Numbered from the stretch's first letter, positions 9,696-20,121 are shown. The stretch is 64,000 bases of DNA from Candidatus Poseidoniaceae archaeon (GCA_016777125.1 JADHSC010000005.1:6345-70344), one strand, 5' to 3'. Numbers and translations: made by a program. The notes: generated by a model from the sequence alone, not told the origin.

Positions 9696-12600
9696 ATGAG
9701 ACATCAATGGAGGCCAGCACTCGGAATCTTGCTGATTCTTTTGTTGAGTCCTTGGAGTAGTCTTATTCAGACCGAGGAAGAGGAATCATCTGCCCTAATG
9801 GGTGATGAATTCGAGCAGTTCTCTATTCGAACAGATGCGTATTCAGACTTTGTTGGTGAACTCGATGCAACCATTGGGCATGAACAACGACCTGTAGAGG
9901 CAAACTCGCGAATAGGGGTGTTCACCATACATGGACTCGAGACCTCACGGCCGTTATCAAGTGACGTCCTTGAACCTCGTAATGATGTGCGTCTTCTGCT
10001 TGTGAATAACGAGCGTAACCTTCTCGATGTACGTTCTGAATTATCCGAAGTACAAGGTCTTGAAGTCAGAGAATACATTTCACCATCCGGATTGCTCGTA
10101 CAGGGGACAGTTGATGGATTTGATTCAGCAATGGGTGTCGATGGAATAGAAGGGCAACTCCTCGTTCCATTGGCTATGTTCCTTGATGATGTCTTCCTCG
10201 ATACCATGCTCTTTGAACAAGAAACTGCAGCAATCTACGGGCAAGAAGTACGTCTTGAAGGGTGGAGGAGTGAACAAACACTCGATACAATCTCGATACA
10301 TGATGCAAGTGGATCGAGTATTGAACAAGACCTCAATGATGTTGCAATTCTGGCAATGGATGAAGTTGTCAAACTGGATGACGGAAGATATAGAGGACTA
10401 CTTTCAGTAGACGATATCCTTGACATTGTCCGTCAACCTTCAGTCATGTGGCTACGTTTTGAGCCTCAAATGGCGTTCAGCAATGACCAATCGAAAAATC
10501 ACATGAAGATCACAACAATGCGTTCTTACTTCACAACAGATCTTGATGGTTCTGGACAAATTGTTGCGGTTGCTGATTCAGGACTAGATGAAGATCATGG
10601 TGATTTCGGGACTCGAGTTGTCGGTAATTTCGATGTTATTGGAGACGGTTCGACAGCCGACAAACACTCTGGTCATGGAACACACGTCGCATGTACTGTT
10701 CTTGGAGATGGGACAAAGGGTGGCTATGCAGGCGTGGCTCCGTCTGCAGACCTCTACTTCCAAGCCATGGAGAATGATAACACAGGAAACTTCCAATCAC
10801 CTTCACTCAATTATCTTCTCAACACAGCCTACAATTCAGGAGCTCGAATTCATACCAATTCATGGGGCTCTTCTGCAGCATCAAATCAGGGTAAGTATAC
10901 CTCTGAATCAGAAGATGTCGATGATCGAGCCAACAATTACGATCGCGTCTACAACGGGGTCGAAGGCTTAACCATTCTCTTTGCAGCAGGTAATGATGGT
11001 CCAAATGCAGGTACCGTTGGTTCACCATCAACTGCAAAAAACTCTGTTACAGTCGGTAACCACCAAGCCCGATACAATGGAGCGCCTGATAATCTGATGT
11101 CAGGATCTTCTCGCGGGCCAACTGATGATGGACGAATCAAACCAGATATTATCGCACCTGGAGGCTATGTTCGTTCATGTCGTGCTCAAGAGGCACAAGA
11201 CATCGCAGGATCATCTTGGCAATCAACATGGTATCTCGAATATACCGGGACTTCGATGGCTACACCAAATGCAGCAGGCGCTTCAGCGCTCATTCGTGAG
11301 TATCTTCTTGAAATTGCTCAACGTCCTTCTCCGCAAGGTGCATTGATCAAAGCGCTCTTGGTTCTCGGCGCACAAGACATCAATACTCGAGATATTCCGA
11401 ATAATGATGAAGGATGGGGGCGAGTAAATCTCAAAGAAACTCTTGCTCCTTCTCAGGGACGTGGTATTTGGGTTGATGACCGTTCTGTATTATCGAATAC
11501 GGGTCAATCAAAATCATATGTATTCAACGTCACTTTTGCCAATTCACAACTCAAAACAGTCCTTGCATGGTCTGATGCTCGTGGAAGTCGATTTTCTAAT
11601 AACCAACTGGTTAATGATTTGGATTTAGAAGTTGAATCACCAGATGGTACGATCTATCTCGGTAATGATTTTGCGAATGGGCGTTCAACAACGGGGGGTA
11701 CTAAAGACGACGTAAATAACCTCGAAGTTGTGCTTATTGATACTGCAATGAAAGGAATTTGGACTGTTCGAGTCAAAGACGGAATGCATGGTGGAAGCAA
11801 TACTCAGCCGTTTGCTATTGCAGTTTCTGGACAGGGCGTGAATGATTTACGTCCAGACCCTCAAGTTGTGGCTAATTCGATGCTTCTGAATGTTTCAATT
11901 CCACAAGTCGGTGATCAAGTTCGATTGACAACAGAGGTTTTCAATGCAGGGAATATCAAAGCGGAATCAGTTGATCTTGCCTTTGTTATCGATGGTGTAG
12001 AAGAAGATCGTAAAACCGTTGACATCAATCCGGGCGCATCCCGCCAGTCGACATGGTATTGGACTCCATCACAATCTGGAACTGCAACGCTTGAATTGAA
12101 GATTGATCCTGACGATACAATTGATGAAATTCAAGAAAACAATAACCTCCTTACGACCATTGTGGATGTGACAGCACCTGGTGTCAAAGTCACGTCAAAT
12201 GTAACTGAACAAGTCGTTCAATTTGCGAGTCAAACAACAGCTTCTTGGAATTTAACGCTCGAAAATACCGCTTTGATAGAAACGAATGCATCGATCGATA
12301 TCCTTGGTGTATCACGTGTTTCGGATGGAACAACCGTGCCCTGGTATGTCGGGATGACAGCATCAAATTTTACACTTCAAGGGAAAGGTAAGGCTTCGAT
12401 ATCTGTTACGATTGTTTACCCAGAAGCGCCAGAGCCAGGAATGTATGAAATCAATGTGGTTGGAATAGATGTTGACAATGCAATCACGTATCCGTATCAA
12501 TTGTACCTCCACGTGTTGGATATCCCTGAATTCAGAATTGAGTATGATTACGAGATCGTCCCCGTTCATCCTGCAAACCCGACGAACCTTTCAGTTCGAG

Positions 12601-14177
12601 TTTACAACGATGGAAACACAGAGATTGGGTACGATTTATTCTTGCAAGCTCCGTCTGGATGGAGTGCAGGATTCCAAGATCTTGGAAGCGAACCAGGCGC
12701 ATCTTCCGGTTCGACAGGTCTTATTACAAAGCAGGGGCAAAAGGATGTGGAATTACAATTCATTCCTCCACAAGTGTCGACTGCAGCAGGAGCTGAACGT
12801 ATGGTGCGTCTAACTGCGATTTCTCAAACAGACCCTTCTCAAACGTGGGAAATTGATATTCCCATCCGTGTTATGGAAGTTCGGGAAGTTGAGATTTTAC
12901 TTGAATCGAACATTGGAACACCTCGCCCAGATGCAACATTGAATCTCTTGTTTACGATTGAAAACCGTGGAAATGTCGACATTACATTCAACCCGAGTAT
13001 GTCTCTACCAACTGGATGGCAAGTTCAATCAACCCTTCAGCCAATTGAGATGGCATGGACGGACAATTCGAAAAATATCCTCATCAGCATCGTTGGAAAT
13101 GGTGATGCAATTTCAGGTCAACTCACGCTCAATCTCGACAACGGCTCAGACCGGTATTCATGGAATACTCAACTTGAAGTTCTGGCATTACCTCAACCAG
13201 AATTAACATTCAAAAGTTTAGACTTTGAAGATGGGAGAACCTTTGATCATCCATTTGGTCCAGGGGCTCATCCTGCTGATCAAGAACTCATCTTCACATG
13301 GTTATTGACCAATGATGCTGAAACAGTGTGGAGGCCTGATATATCCATCTCAGTTTCCCAAGGGCTGTTCGGAGATTGTCTCGATGTTACACAGGTTGCA
13401 TCAGGCGATGTCGTGCCAGTTGTTTGCTCGATTATCATACCATCCACCATAGAGGTTGGTTCCCAGCCTGATTTCAGTTTCACACTTTCGGGAGATGGTG
13501 TTTCACTCGTTGAAGGAACAAGTCTCCTTGTCGCAGAAAGTCGCGGGGTTGATTGGAAGATTACAGGACTTTCAACCATAGATGACTCAGGATCTGGGAC
13601 GATTCAGGTTCGTTTGACCAATACGGGAAATGTTCAACTTTCACACAGGCTTGAACTGCAAACGACTGAAGGACTAACAGCGTCATTAGTCGAGGAAGAT
13701 ATCGTTAACATGGTCGCTGGTGATTCGCAACAATTTACTGTGGTTGTCACAGGTTTAGCCAGTGGATCACAGCAGATCACGTTTCAGCTAACAGGAACCC
13801 AAGAGGTATCGACTCCGGCGACAACTGTTGACATTGATGTGACCGCTTCGTTTAGCGAAACAGCTTCAAACAGTCAAACACTCTTGTATTCAAGCATAGG
13901 AATTACTCTTCTTGCAGTAATCCTTCTTGGCGGCATTTTAGCCCGTTCAAAGAAAGAATCAGACGTCGTTTCTCCGGAACAAAAAGCCCTTCCTTCAATT
14001 GTTCAACAACCTGCAGTCATGTGTTGGTCATGTCATGGTCCAATCACTGGACCAATGCAAGGATGCCCTGGCTGTGGCGCACGATATCATACAAAAGGTA
14101 CTGAAAATTGTGATGCTCAAAGTCTTGAAGCCTGTGCGAATTGTGGAGCGAGTACAGAACAGTTCGTACTTGCATAA
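9696..14177 (+). CDS. subtilisin-like (S8) serine protease fused to multiple CARDB-like Ig-fold repeats, TM anchor and cytoplasmic zinc-ribbon tail
   Basis: Signal peptide. Catalytic triad motifs VAVADSGLD (Asp), HGTHVACTV (His) and GTSMATPNAAG (Ser). Repeated NPGAS/NAGN CARDB-like modules. TM helix IGITLLAVILLGGILA. Tail with CWSC-x10-CPGC and C-x8-CANC. GGAGGAG RBS 7 nt upstream of the ATG. Confidence 0.8.
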   Translation: MRHQWRPALGILLILLLSPWSSLIQTEEEESSALMGDEFEQFSIRTDAYSDFVGELDATIGHEQRPVEANSRIGVFTIHGLETSRPLSSDVLEPRNDVRLLLVNNERNLLDVRSELSEVQGLEVREYISPSGLLVQGTVDGFDSAMGVDGIEGQLLVPLAMFLDDVFLDTMLFEQETAAIYGQEVRLEGWRSEQTLDTISIHDASGSSIEQDLNDVAILAMDEVVKLDDGRYRGLLSVDDILDIVRQPSVMWLRFEPQMAFSNDQSKNHMKITTMRSYFTTDLDGSGQIVAVADSGLDEDHGDFGTRVVGNFDVIGDGSTADKHSGHGTHVACTVLGDGTKGGYAGVAPSADLYFQAMENDNTGNFQSPSLNYLLNTAYNSGARIHTNSWGSSAASNQGKYTSESEDVDDRANNYDRVYNGVEGLTILFAAGNDGPNAGTVGSPSTAKNSVTVGNHQARYNGAPDNLMSGSSRGPTDDGRIKPDIIAPGGYVRSCRAQEAQDIAGSSWQSTWYLEYTGTSMATPNAAGASALIREYLLEIAQRPSPQGALIKALLVLGAQDINTRDIPNNDEGWGRVNLKETLAPSQGRGIWVDDRSVLSNTGQSKSYVFNVTFANSQLKTVLAWSDARGSRFSNNQLVNDLDLEVESPDGTIYLGNDFANGRSTTGGTKDDVNNLEVVLIDTAMKGIWTVRVKDGMHGGSNTQPFAIAVSGQGVNDLRPDPQVVANSMLLNVSIPQVGDQVRLTTEVFNAGNIKAESVDLAFVIDGVEEDRKTVDINPGASRQSTWYWTPSQSGTATLELKIDPDDTIDEIQENNNLLTTIVDVTAPGVKVTSNVTEQVVQFASQTTASWNLTLENTALIETNASIDILGVSRVSDGTTVPWYVGMTASNFTLQGKGKASISVTIVYPEAPEPGMYEINVVGIDVDNAITYPYQLYLHVLDIPEFRIEYDYEIVPVHPANPTNLSVRVYNDGNTEIGYDLFLQAPSGWSAGFQDLGSEPGASSGSTGLITKQGQKDVELQFIPPQVSTAAGAERMVRLTAISQTDPSQTWEIDIPIRVMEVREVEILLESNIGTPRPDATLNLLFTIENRGNVDITFNPSMSLPTGWQVQSTLQPIEMAWTDNSKNILISIVGNGDAISGQLTLNLDNGSDRYSWNTQLEVLALPQPELTFKSLDFEDGRTFDHPFGPGAHPADQELIFTWLLTNDAETVWRPDISISVSQGLFGDCLDVTQVASGDVVPVVCSIIIPSTIEVGSQPDFSFTLSGDGVSLVEGTSLLVAESRGVDWKITGLSTIDDSGSGTIQVRLTNTGNVQLSHRLELQTTEGLTASLVEEDIVNMVAGDSQQFTVVVTGLASGSQQITFQLTGTQEVSTPATTVDIDVTASFSETASNSQTLLYSSIGITLLAVILLGGILARSKKESDVVSPEQKALPSIVQQPAVMCWSCHGPITGPMQGCPGCGARYHTKGTENCDAQSLEACANCGASTEQFVLA

Positions 14178-14202
14178 TTCGTAAACAGGAAAGGACATCC
14201 TT

Positions 14203-17112
14203 TTGATAGGTCAACACCTCCCCGTAAATAGGAGAGGGATTTTCTTGAGCAGAACATCTGGCAGCAAACACCTTGCGATTTTGTTTATTTCGCTCATGGT
14301 AATCTCCATGATGCCCCTATCAGTCCCTACCGTTTCTGCGGATGAAGGGAGGGATGCGAACATTCGCCTGACAGTTAATCCATCCGAACAAAATATCAAT
14401 CCTGGAGAATCTGGGGAATACACAGTTCGAGTTTACAATGATGGATCGACTCCAGTAACAATTCAATTGAGTACAGCGGAAGAAGGAACTCAAGAATGTG
14501 GGGCATACACCTCATCCATTACCCAAATCAGTGGCGCAATTGAATCAGGTTCCTATGAAGAAGCGACCATGACTGTTACACTAACGGTCAATGCAGAATC
14601 ATCTTGCGACACGACCGTTTCAGCGACTGCAACAGAATCTCCAGATCCTCCAGAAATACCAGGACAACCTGTCACTAAAACTTCAACAGTGACGACAACC
14701 GCTGGCGATGGATCTGGCAACGCACTTTTCGGAGTTGATTTGTCAATGGTCGTTTCGAGTAAGACATGGGGCGGTGAAGAGACGACAGAATGGACTCTCG
14801 TTGTTGAAAACACCGGCCAACAACAAACAGATGTCAATCTCGTAGTCGATGAGGTTACAGATGGTGCTTGTTCAAACCCAGGCAGTCTTACGCCATCGCT
14901 ATCGGAAACATCGGTCTCACTTGGTGCAAACGAAACAGAAGATGTCATTGTTTCTCTTGACATAGATAACGAAGAAGAAGCCGATAAGTATTGCTGGGAG
15001 ATTACTGGAACAGTCTCTTCTGACCCGACAGGCAATTCTTCTGATACTCAAGAATTTGATATTACAGTCCCCGTTTTGAAGGAATGTGATTTAACTCTCT
15101 CAAAATCAACATTGAGCATCGAGCCTGATGCTGATGCTACACTAAAGGCCATATTTACAAACGAAGGTAACTCTGATTGGACTATTCAAGCTGCTGCTGC
15201 AGGTCCAAAGGCTGGATGGGTTGCATTTGTTGGCGGCACCAGTGGGCTACTGCCATATAGTGGTGGAAGCGGAACCAAGGAATTCAATCTCAAAGTCACT
15301 CCAGATGACTCCGTTATAGCCGGAGAAGAGCAAACCATAACCATCCAAGGGAAAGATGGAACCGCCGTAAAATGCAGTTCAGAACTGACAATCGTCGTAG
15401 GACAGTCCTATGGTGCAACGATTTCAATGACATCCTCCCAACTTAACAACATAGAACCAGGTACGAGTGCGACAACATCTGTCACAGTTGAAAATACAGG
15501 CAATGGTGTTGATAACTTCAGAATTACACCTTCTTCTCTACCAGCGGGATGGAGTGTTGAACTCGATCAGAACGTTATTTCACTCGATTCAAAGCATACG
15601 CCTCAGAGGAAAGACACGGTCGATGTCACCGTCTCTCTACCAACAGATGCGTTAGCGACTGAGGTCGTGAACATCGTACTTTCAGTCTCGCCTTCATCAG
15701 GTGGTCAAGCCTACGATGAAGTGACTCTTGCAGTCTCTGTTGCAGCTGTTCATGAGTTTGAGGCAATATCGACAGCAATGACGCAAACTGGTAAGAATAA
15801 TAATGAGGTCAAATTCCCATTTGAAATCGATAACATTGGAAACGTGGAAGATAGTTTCAGACTAAGCGTTATCAGCCAAACGGCCACTCCAGGATGGTCT
15901 TTTTACTTCGAGGATGCTGCAGGTAATCGATTTACTGAAATCGCAGTCGATGCTCGTACCTCCAAGCAAATTTTCTGTGTTGTTACAGTTACAGATTCCG
16001 ATGAATATACTACTTTGACCATCAGAGTTACCAACAAAGGTGATTCCAATAGCATTGATGAAGATTCGGACGGTATTCCAGACAATCAACGTGAGTTGAA
16101 ATTCACAGCTTTCCTAACGACCCGGGACTATGCAATGGATGTTCGTCTTGAAAATGGTGGGCTTGATGGAAGAACTGGCGAATTAATTCTCGCTCCAGGT
16201 GATGATGAAACAATCGGTCTCTGGCTGAGGAATATGGGTAATGGTGATGACATTGCAATGATTGAACTCACAGGTCTTACAGGCATAGCCACACGAACAG
16301 TATATTCAACTGGCTTGCCCATTGGTGACGAATTAGCCATTCCGTTCGGGTATGGGATCTGGGATGAGAACAACAGCCGTTTCGTTACCGATGCATCGGG
16401 AGCTCCGTATCTTGAAAATACAGCAAATGCTGCAGAAGAGGAAATGTACTTCACACTTAATCTCAGTCAAGGCCATAGCGTCAAGCCTTATGAGATGTAT
16501 CTCGAACTCAAAATCGATGTTAATGAAGCGACTTTGACTGGTGAGGGAGGCAATCTCAACATCGTTGTTACAAGTAAATCTAACGCTGCAAACCGTAGTG
16601 GGACGGCAACAGTTTCCCTGAGTGTCAAAGAGATTTTCAATCTTCAAATCCTCCAACCTACTCAAGATTCGTTCGAAATAACATACCCTGAGCCTTTGAA
16701 GTTTGATGTTCAAATTCGTAATGATGGAAATGTTCGGACAATGACTGAAATCTTTTCTTCAGACAATCTTCGTGGTTGGATGGTCACCCTAGAGGAACCT
16801 GTTAACGATAATGACTGTGAATTGATAGAGGTTAACCGTCTTGAATGTTGGATTGATCAAGGCGAAACCAAGAATGTTACTGTAATTGTCAAATCACCTT
16901 ACGATGCAGAATTCAAAGATACGTTTGATTTCACCATCTCTGCCCAACCCGAGGAAATTGGAGTTATCGGGCGTACGAACCAACAATTCGATGTCACAGG
17001 TGACGTTGAATCATCGCTCTTCGGATTTGCAGAGGATGCCACAGTTGCTGTGGTTGGTGGTGGGTTCATCTGCCTCATTCTTCTCGGATTCATTATTAGC
17101 CGCCGTAGTTGA
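14203..17112 (+). CDS. secreted surface protein with CARDB-like repeats and a C-terminal TM anchor (PGF-CTERM-like variant)
   Basis: Signal peptide LAILFISLMVISMMPLSVPTVSA-DEG. Repeated NPGESGEYTVRVYNDG-type modules. C-terminus GGGFICLILLGFIISRRS*. TTG start preceded by AGGAAAGGA. Confidence 0.65.
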   Translation: MIGQHLPVNRRGIFLSRTSGSKHLAILFISLMVISMMPLSVPTVSADEGRDANIRLTVNPSEQNINPGESGEYTVRVYNDGSTPVTIQLSTAEEGTQECGAYTSSITQISGAIESGSYEEATMTVTLTVNAESSCDTTVSATATESPDPPEIPGQPVTKTSTVTTTAGDGSGNALFGVDLSMVVSSKTWGGEETTEWTLVVENTGQQQTDVNLVVDEVTDGACSNPGSLTPSLSETSVSLGANETEDVIVSLDIDNEEEADKYCWEITGTVSSDPTGNSSDTQEFDITVPVLKECDLTLSKSTLSIEPDADATLKAIFTNEGNSDWTIQAAAAGPKAGWVAFVGGTSGLLPYSGGSGTKEFNLKVTPDDSVIAGEEQTITIQGKDGTAVKCSSELTIVVGQSYGATISMTSSQLNNIEPGTSATTSVTVENTGNGVDNFRITPSSLPAGWSVELDQNVISLDSKHTPQRKDTVDVTVSLPTDALATEVVNIVLSVSPSSGGQAYDEVTLAVSVAAVHEFEAISTAMTQTGKNNNEVKFPFEIDNIGNVEDSFRLSVISQTATPGWSFYFEDAAGNRFTEIAVDARTSKQIFCVVTVTDSDEYTTLTIRVTNKGDSNSIDEDSDGIPDNQRELKFTAFLTTRDYAMDVRLENGGLDGRTGELILAPGDDETIGLWLRNMGNGDDIAMIELTGLTGIATRTVYSTGLPIGDELAIPFGYGIWDENNSRFVTDASGAPYLENTANAAEEEMYFTLNLSQGHSVKPYEMYLELKIDVNEATLTGEGGNLNIVVTSKSNAANRSGTATVSLSVKEIFNLQILQPTQDSFEITYPEPLKFDVQIRNDGNVRTMTEIFSSDNLRGWMVTLEEPVNDNDCELIEVNRLECWIDQGETKNVTVIVKSPYDAEFKDTFDFTISAQPEEIGVIGRTNQQFDVTGDVESSLFGFAEDATVAVVGGGFICLILLGFIISRRS

Positions 17113-17240
17113 AGTACGGATTTTGGCATTTTGGAACCCCTCCATCAAGCACTGTTTTACGCGTGGTTGACTGGGAACGCTTATGGAGGGTATTCAAGTC
17201 GGATTATTTAGAGAGCGCATGCTTTCTGAGGCGATGTATA

Positions 17241-17708
17241 ATGGTCGATGCAGGTTCGGTTCCAAGCGCCTATCTTTCAATTGCTTTCCTTACCGTGGTT
17301 GGCATCCTTATGCCGATGACGAATTTCATCATGTCATGGGCTCTTCGTCCACGTACAGATCCTTCCCGACCGCACATCACCAGGTCCTATCTTCTCGAAG
17401 GATATGAGCGAGACCACAGCCTCTATCCTCGTCGTCTTTCAACATTCGAGTGTGGAAGCGAACCTATCGGCGATGCAATGATTCAGTTTCACTTCCAATA
17501 CTACTGGTATGCGATTGTATTCCTTGTATTCGATGTAGCATTCATGTTCCTTGTTCTAGGCGGTATGGTTACCGCCCAAGAAACATCAACTGTTGATGGA
17601 GATATCGCAAATGCTGAGGCTGGACTTGCAGTCCTCGGAGCCTTCTTTGCGATCATGTCACTCGGCGTTTGGTATGTATTCCGCAAGCGAGGACGAATTT
17701 ACATCTGA
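17241..17708 (+). CDS. nuoA: NADH-quinone oxidoreductase subunit A
   Basis: Conserved FECG..P.G and FLVFDVAFMFL motifs with TM helices. The in-frame upstream extension from 17109 is not NuoA-like, so ATG 17241 is chosen. Confidence 0.7.
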   Translation: MVDAGSVPSAYLSIAFLTVVGILMPMTNFIMSWALRPRTDPSRPHITRSYLLEGYERDHSLYPRRLSTFECGSEPIGDAMIQFHFQYYWYAIVFLVFDVAFMFLVLGGMVTAQETSTVDGDIANAEAGLAVLGAFFAIMSLGVWYVFRKRGRIYI

Positions 17709-17717
17709 GGTGAGATC

Positions 17718-18311
17718 ATGGCAGAATCTGGAGAGAATTATACCGCATTCAATAGCCGAGCACTTGTTGAAGTGGTCGGTGACGTAACTGATGAAGCACT
17801 CAAGGCAACGAAGATCAAACAACTTCTTTCAGTCCTTGCAGGCCGATTTTTCAACTGGGGAGGGCGTAAATCCCTCTTCACCCTTCACTTGGGAATCAAG
17901 TGCTGTGCTATTGAGATGGCAGCAGCAGCAACCCCTCGTTTTGACGGAGACCGTTTCGGTGTCTTGTTCCGTTCATCACCACGTCAATCCGACGTACTTC
18001 TTGTCAATGGGCCAATCAGTAAGAAGTTCGCTGACAAAGTCGTTCGTCTCTGGGAGCAAATGCCAGAACCGAAATACTGTATCGCAATGGGTGAATGTGC
18101 TATTTCAGGCGGCCCTTACTTCCAATCTTACAACATTCTCGAAGGAGTCGACACTGTCATTCCCGTAGACGTTTACGTCCCGGGTTGCCCACCTCGTCCA
18201 GAAGCTCTCATCGACGGCTTTGGCCTTCTCAGAGAGAAAATCATTCGAATTGGTGGTGCGCCAAGCACAGGCCGAGATGGTGAGAAACCAGTGATCGTAG
18301 GAGAGGACTGA
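17718..18311 (+). CDS. nuoB: NADH-quinone oxidoreductase subunit B (20 kDa, N2 cluster)
   Basis: Motifs CCAIEM, GPISKK, CIAMGECAISGGPY and VPGCPPRPE. TGAGGTGAG RBS upstream. Confidence 0.9.
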   Translation: MAESGENYTAFNSRALVEVVGDVTDEALKATKIKQLLSVLAGRFFNWGGRKSLFTLHLGIKCCAIEMAAAATPRFDGDRFGVLFRSSPRQSDVLLVNGPISKKFADKVVRLWEQMPEPKYCIAMGECAISGGPYFQSYNILEGVDTVIPVDVYVPGCPPRPEALIDGFGLLREKIIRIGGAPSTGRDGEKPVIVGED

Positions 18312-18312
18312 A

Positions 18313-18963
18313 ATGGGTATGAGCATCACTTCAGAACAAAATGAGGCAGCAGCTTCAGCCTTCCTTGAACAAGCCGAAGAGCGATTTGGAGGCTCTGGCG
18401 TAACCGTCTCAATCGAACATCACAGCAATGCTGTGAAATTTGCATTCGTCCGTATGACTTGTCCACCACAACACTGGATTGCATTGGCTAAGTGGATGCG
18501 ATTCGATGCAGGAATCAACTACTGTTCGATGGTTACAGGAACGCATTATCCTGAAGGAGGAGATCGCACATGGGGCCTAGTATACCATTTCCTACGACAA
18601 CCAATTCGTGATGTTGAACCGTTCACCTCTGATGTTTTGAAAGCAGAAAGCCTTGAAGGAATGGATATTCCTCTTGAAGTTGAAGTTCTCATAGACCTAC
18701 CTGACGGCAGAGAGCCATCTGTGCCAAGCATTCAATCCATATGGATTGGAGCGGATTGGAATGAAAAGGAGACATGGGATCTTGTAGGAATCAAATTTGA
18801 AGGTCATGAAAACATGCACCGTGTCCTCAATCCTCACGACAGTCCCGAAGGATTCCATCCACTGCAAAAGCAACATAAAATTCGATATCATGATTACAAT
18901 GAAATGTATGATGACGCACAAGGTTTCGTGCGAAAGCCGGCAGATGAGGGCCGGGTAAAGTGA
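18313..18963 (+). CDS. nuoC: NADH-quinone oxidoreductase subunit C (30 kDa)
   Basis: Lies between nuoB and nuoD. Has the NuoC-like C-terminal HRVLNPHDSPEGFHPLQK. Confidence 0.8.
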   Translation: MGMSITSEQNEAAASAFLEQAEERFGGSGVTVSIEHHSNAVKFAFVRMTCPPQHWIALAKWMRFDAGINYCSMVTGTHYPEGGDRTWGLVYHFLRQPIRDVEPFTSDVLKAESLEGMDIPLEVEVLIDLPDGREPSVPSIQSIWIGADWNEKETWDLVGIKFEGHENMHRVLNPHDSPEGFHPLQKQHKIRYHDYNEMYDDAQGFVRKPADEGRVK

Positions 18964-18972
18964 GGTGATATC

Positions 18973-20112
18973 ATGGCACAAATGTGGATTACAATGGGGC
19001 CTCAACATCCAATGACGCATGGTCTTTGGACACTTCGCGTCAAGGTTGATGGTGAAACAGTTGTCGATACTGAAGCTGAACTTGGCTACATCCATCGCGG
19101 CGTTGAAAAGATTGCAGAAGCACGAGACTTCACACAAGTTACACCCTACTGCGATCGTCTCTGTTACGTCAGTGCAATGACCTGGGCAAATTCCTACATT
19201 TACGCTGCTGAAGACCTTCTTGAGGTCGAAGTTCCAGAACGAGCAGAATACATTCGTTTGATCTCTGCAGAAATTCAGAGACTTGCCTCTCACCTGATGT
19301 GGCTTGGAGCGTTTGGACCCGATATTGGTAACCTCACACTCATGACATGGTGCATGAGAGACAGAGAAATGTTCCTCGATTTGTTGCAAGAACTTGGCGG
19401 TTCTCGAATGCACTACAACTATCCTCGTATAGGTGGAGTCAAGCGAGATCTCCCTGTTGGCTTTGCTGACAGAACCCGCGCTAAAGTCAAGTTGTTCGAG
19501 CAGAGAATCAAAGAATACGAAATGATGCTTGATCAATCAACCATTTGGCTGGTCCGCCTCCAAGGAGTCGGTTATTCTCGAGCAGAAGATATGGTTAATT
19601 CCGGTGTTTCAGGACCAAACGTTCGTGCTGCTGGTGTAAACTATGACGTTCGTTGGGCCCACCCATATTCGGTCTATGATCAAGTTGACTGGGAGCCTGC
19701 TGTTGAGAAGCCAACCTCTGTCAAAGGAGCAGATTGCTACGATCGATACCGTGTCCGAATGGAAGAAATGGTTCAGTCCTGTAAGATGGTTCTTGATGCA
19801 TTGGATAAGATTCCTGGTGGCGCGAACACACACTACAGCACTGGCGATGAGATGATTCTGACAAAGGCCCCAACGCGTGCCCCAGAAGGCGCAACTGGAT
19901 TCAGTAACTACGAATGTACTCGTGGTGCTTCACAATTTTATATCCAAGGAGGCGGTGATGGCCGTGGAAAGAATCCTTATCGGCTCTCAATCCGTTCTCC
20001 TATGTTCATAACAATTCCATACGTAGCTAAGACGATGATCGGCTACAAGGTTGCAGATATTCCTGCGATTATGGGAAGCTTTGACCCATGTATTGGAGAA
20101 ACAGATCGTTGA
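18973..20112 (+). CDS. nuoD: NADH-quinone oxidoreductase subunit D (49 kDa)
   Basis: N-terminus MGPQHPMTHGLWTLRVKVDGETVVDTEAELGYIHRGVEKIAE. TGAGGTGAT RBS overlaps the nuoC stop. Confidence 0.9.
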   Translation: MAQMWITMGPQHPMTHGLWTLRVKVDGETVVDTEAELGYIHRGVEKIAEARDFTQVTPYCDRLCYVSAMTWANSYIYAAEDLLEVEVPERAEYIRLISAEIQRLASHLMWLGAFGPDIGNLTLMTWCMRDREMFLDLLQELGGSRMHYNYPRIGGVKRDLPVGFADRTRAKVKLFEQRIKEYEMMLDQSTIWLVRLQGVGYSRAEDMVNSGVSGPNVRAAGVNYDVRWAHPYSVYDQVDWEPAVEKPTSVKGADCYDRYRVRMEEMVQSCKMVLDALDKIPGGANTHYSTGDEMILTKAPTRAPEGATGFSNYECTRGASQFYIQGGGDGRGKNPYRLSIRSPMFITIPYVAKTMIGYKVADIPAIMGSFDPCIGETDR

Positions 20113-20121
20113 GGTGATACT

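Noticed and set aside
17109-17240. Long N-terminal extension of nuoA (ORF track start at 17109)
   Set aside because: The extra 44 residues have no NuoA similarity. ATG 17241 gives a normal NuoA start with GAGG upstream.
18697-19536. 279-aa Cys/His-rich ORF on the minus strand
   Set aside because: It lies entirely antisense to nuoC/nuoD, which carry unmistakable conserved motifs. It is a shadow ORF. The same applies to 20175..20726, 9767..10207, 14553..15035, 35609..36118, 48210..48956, 39647..39931 and 42785..43358.
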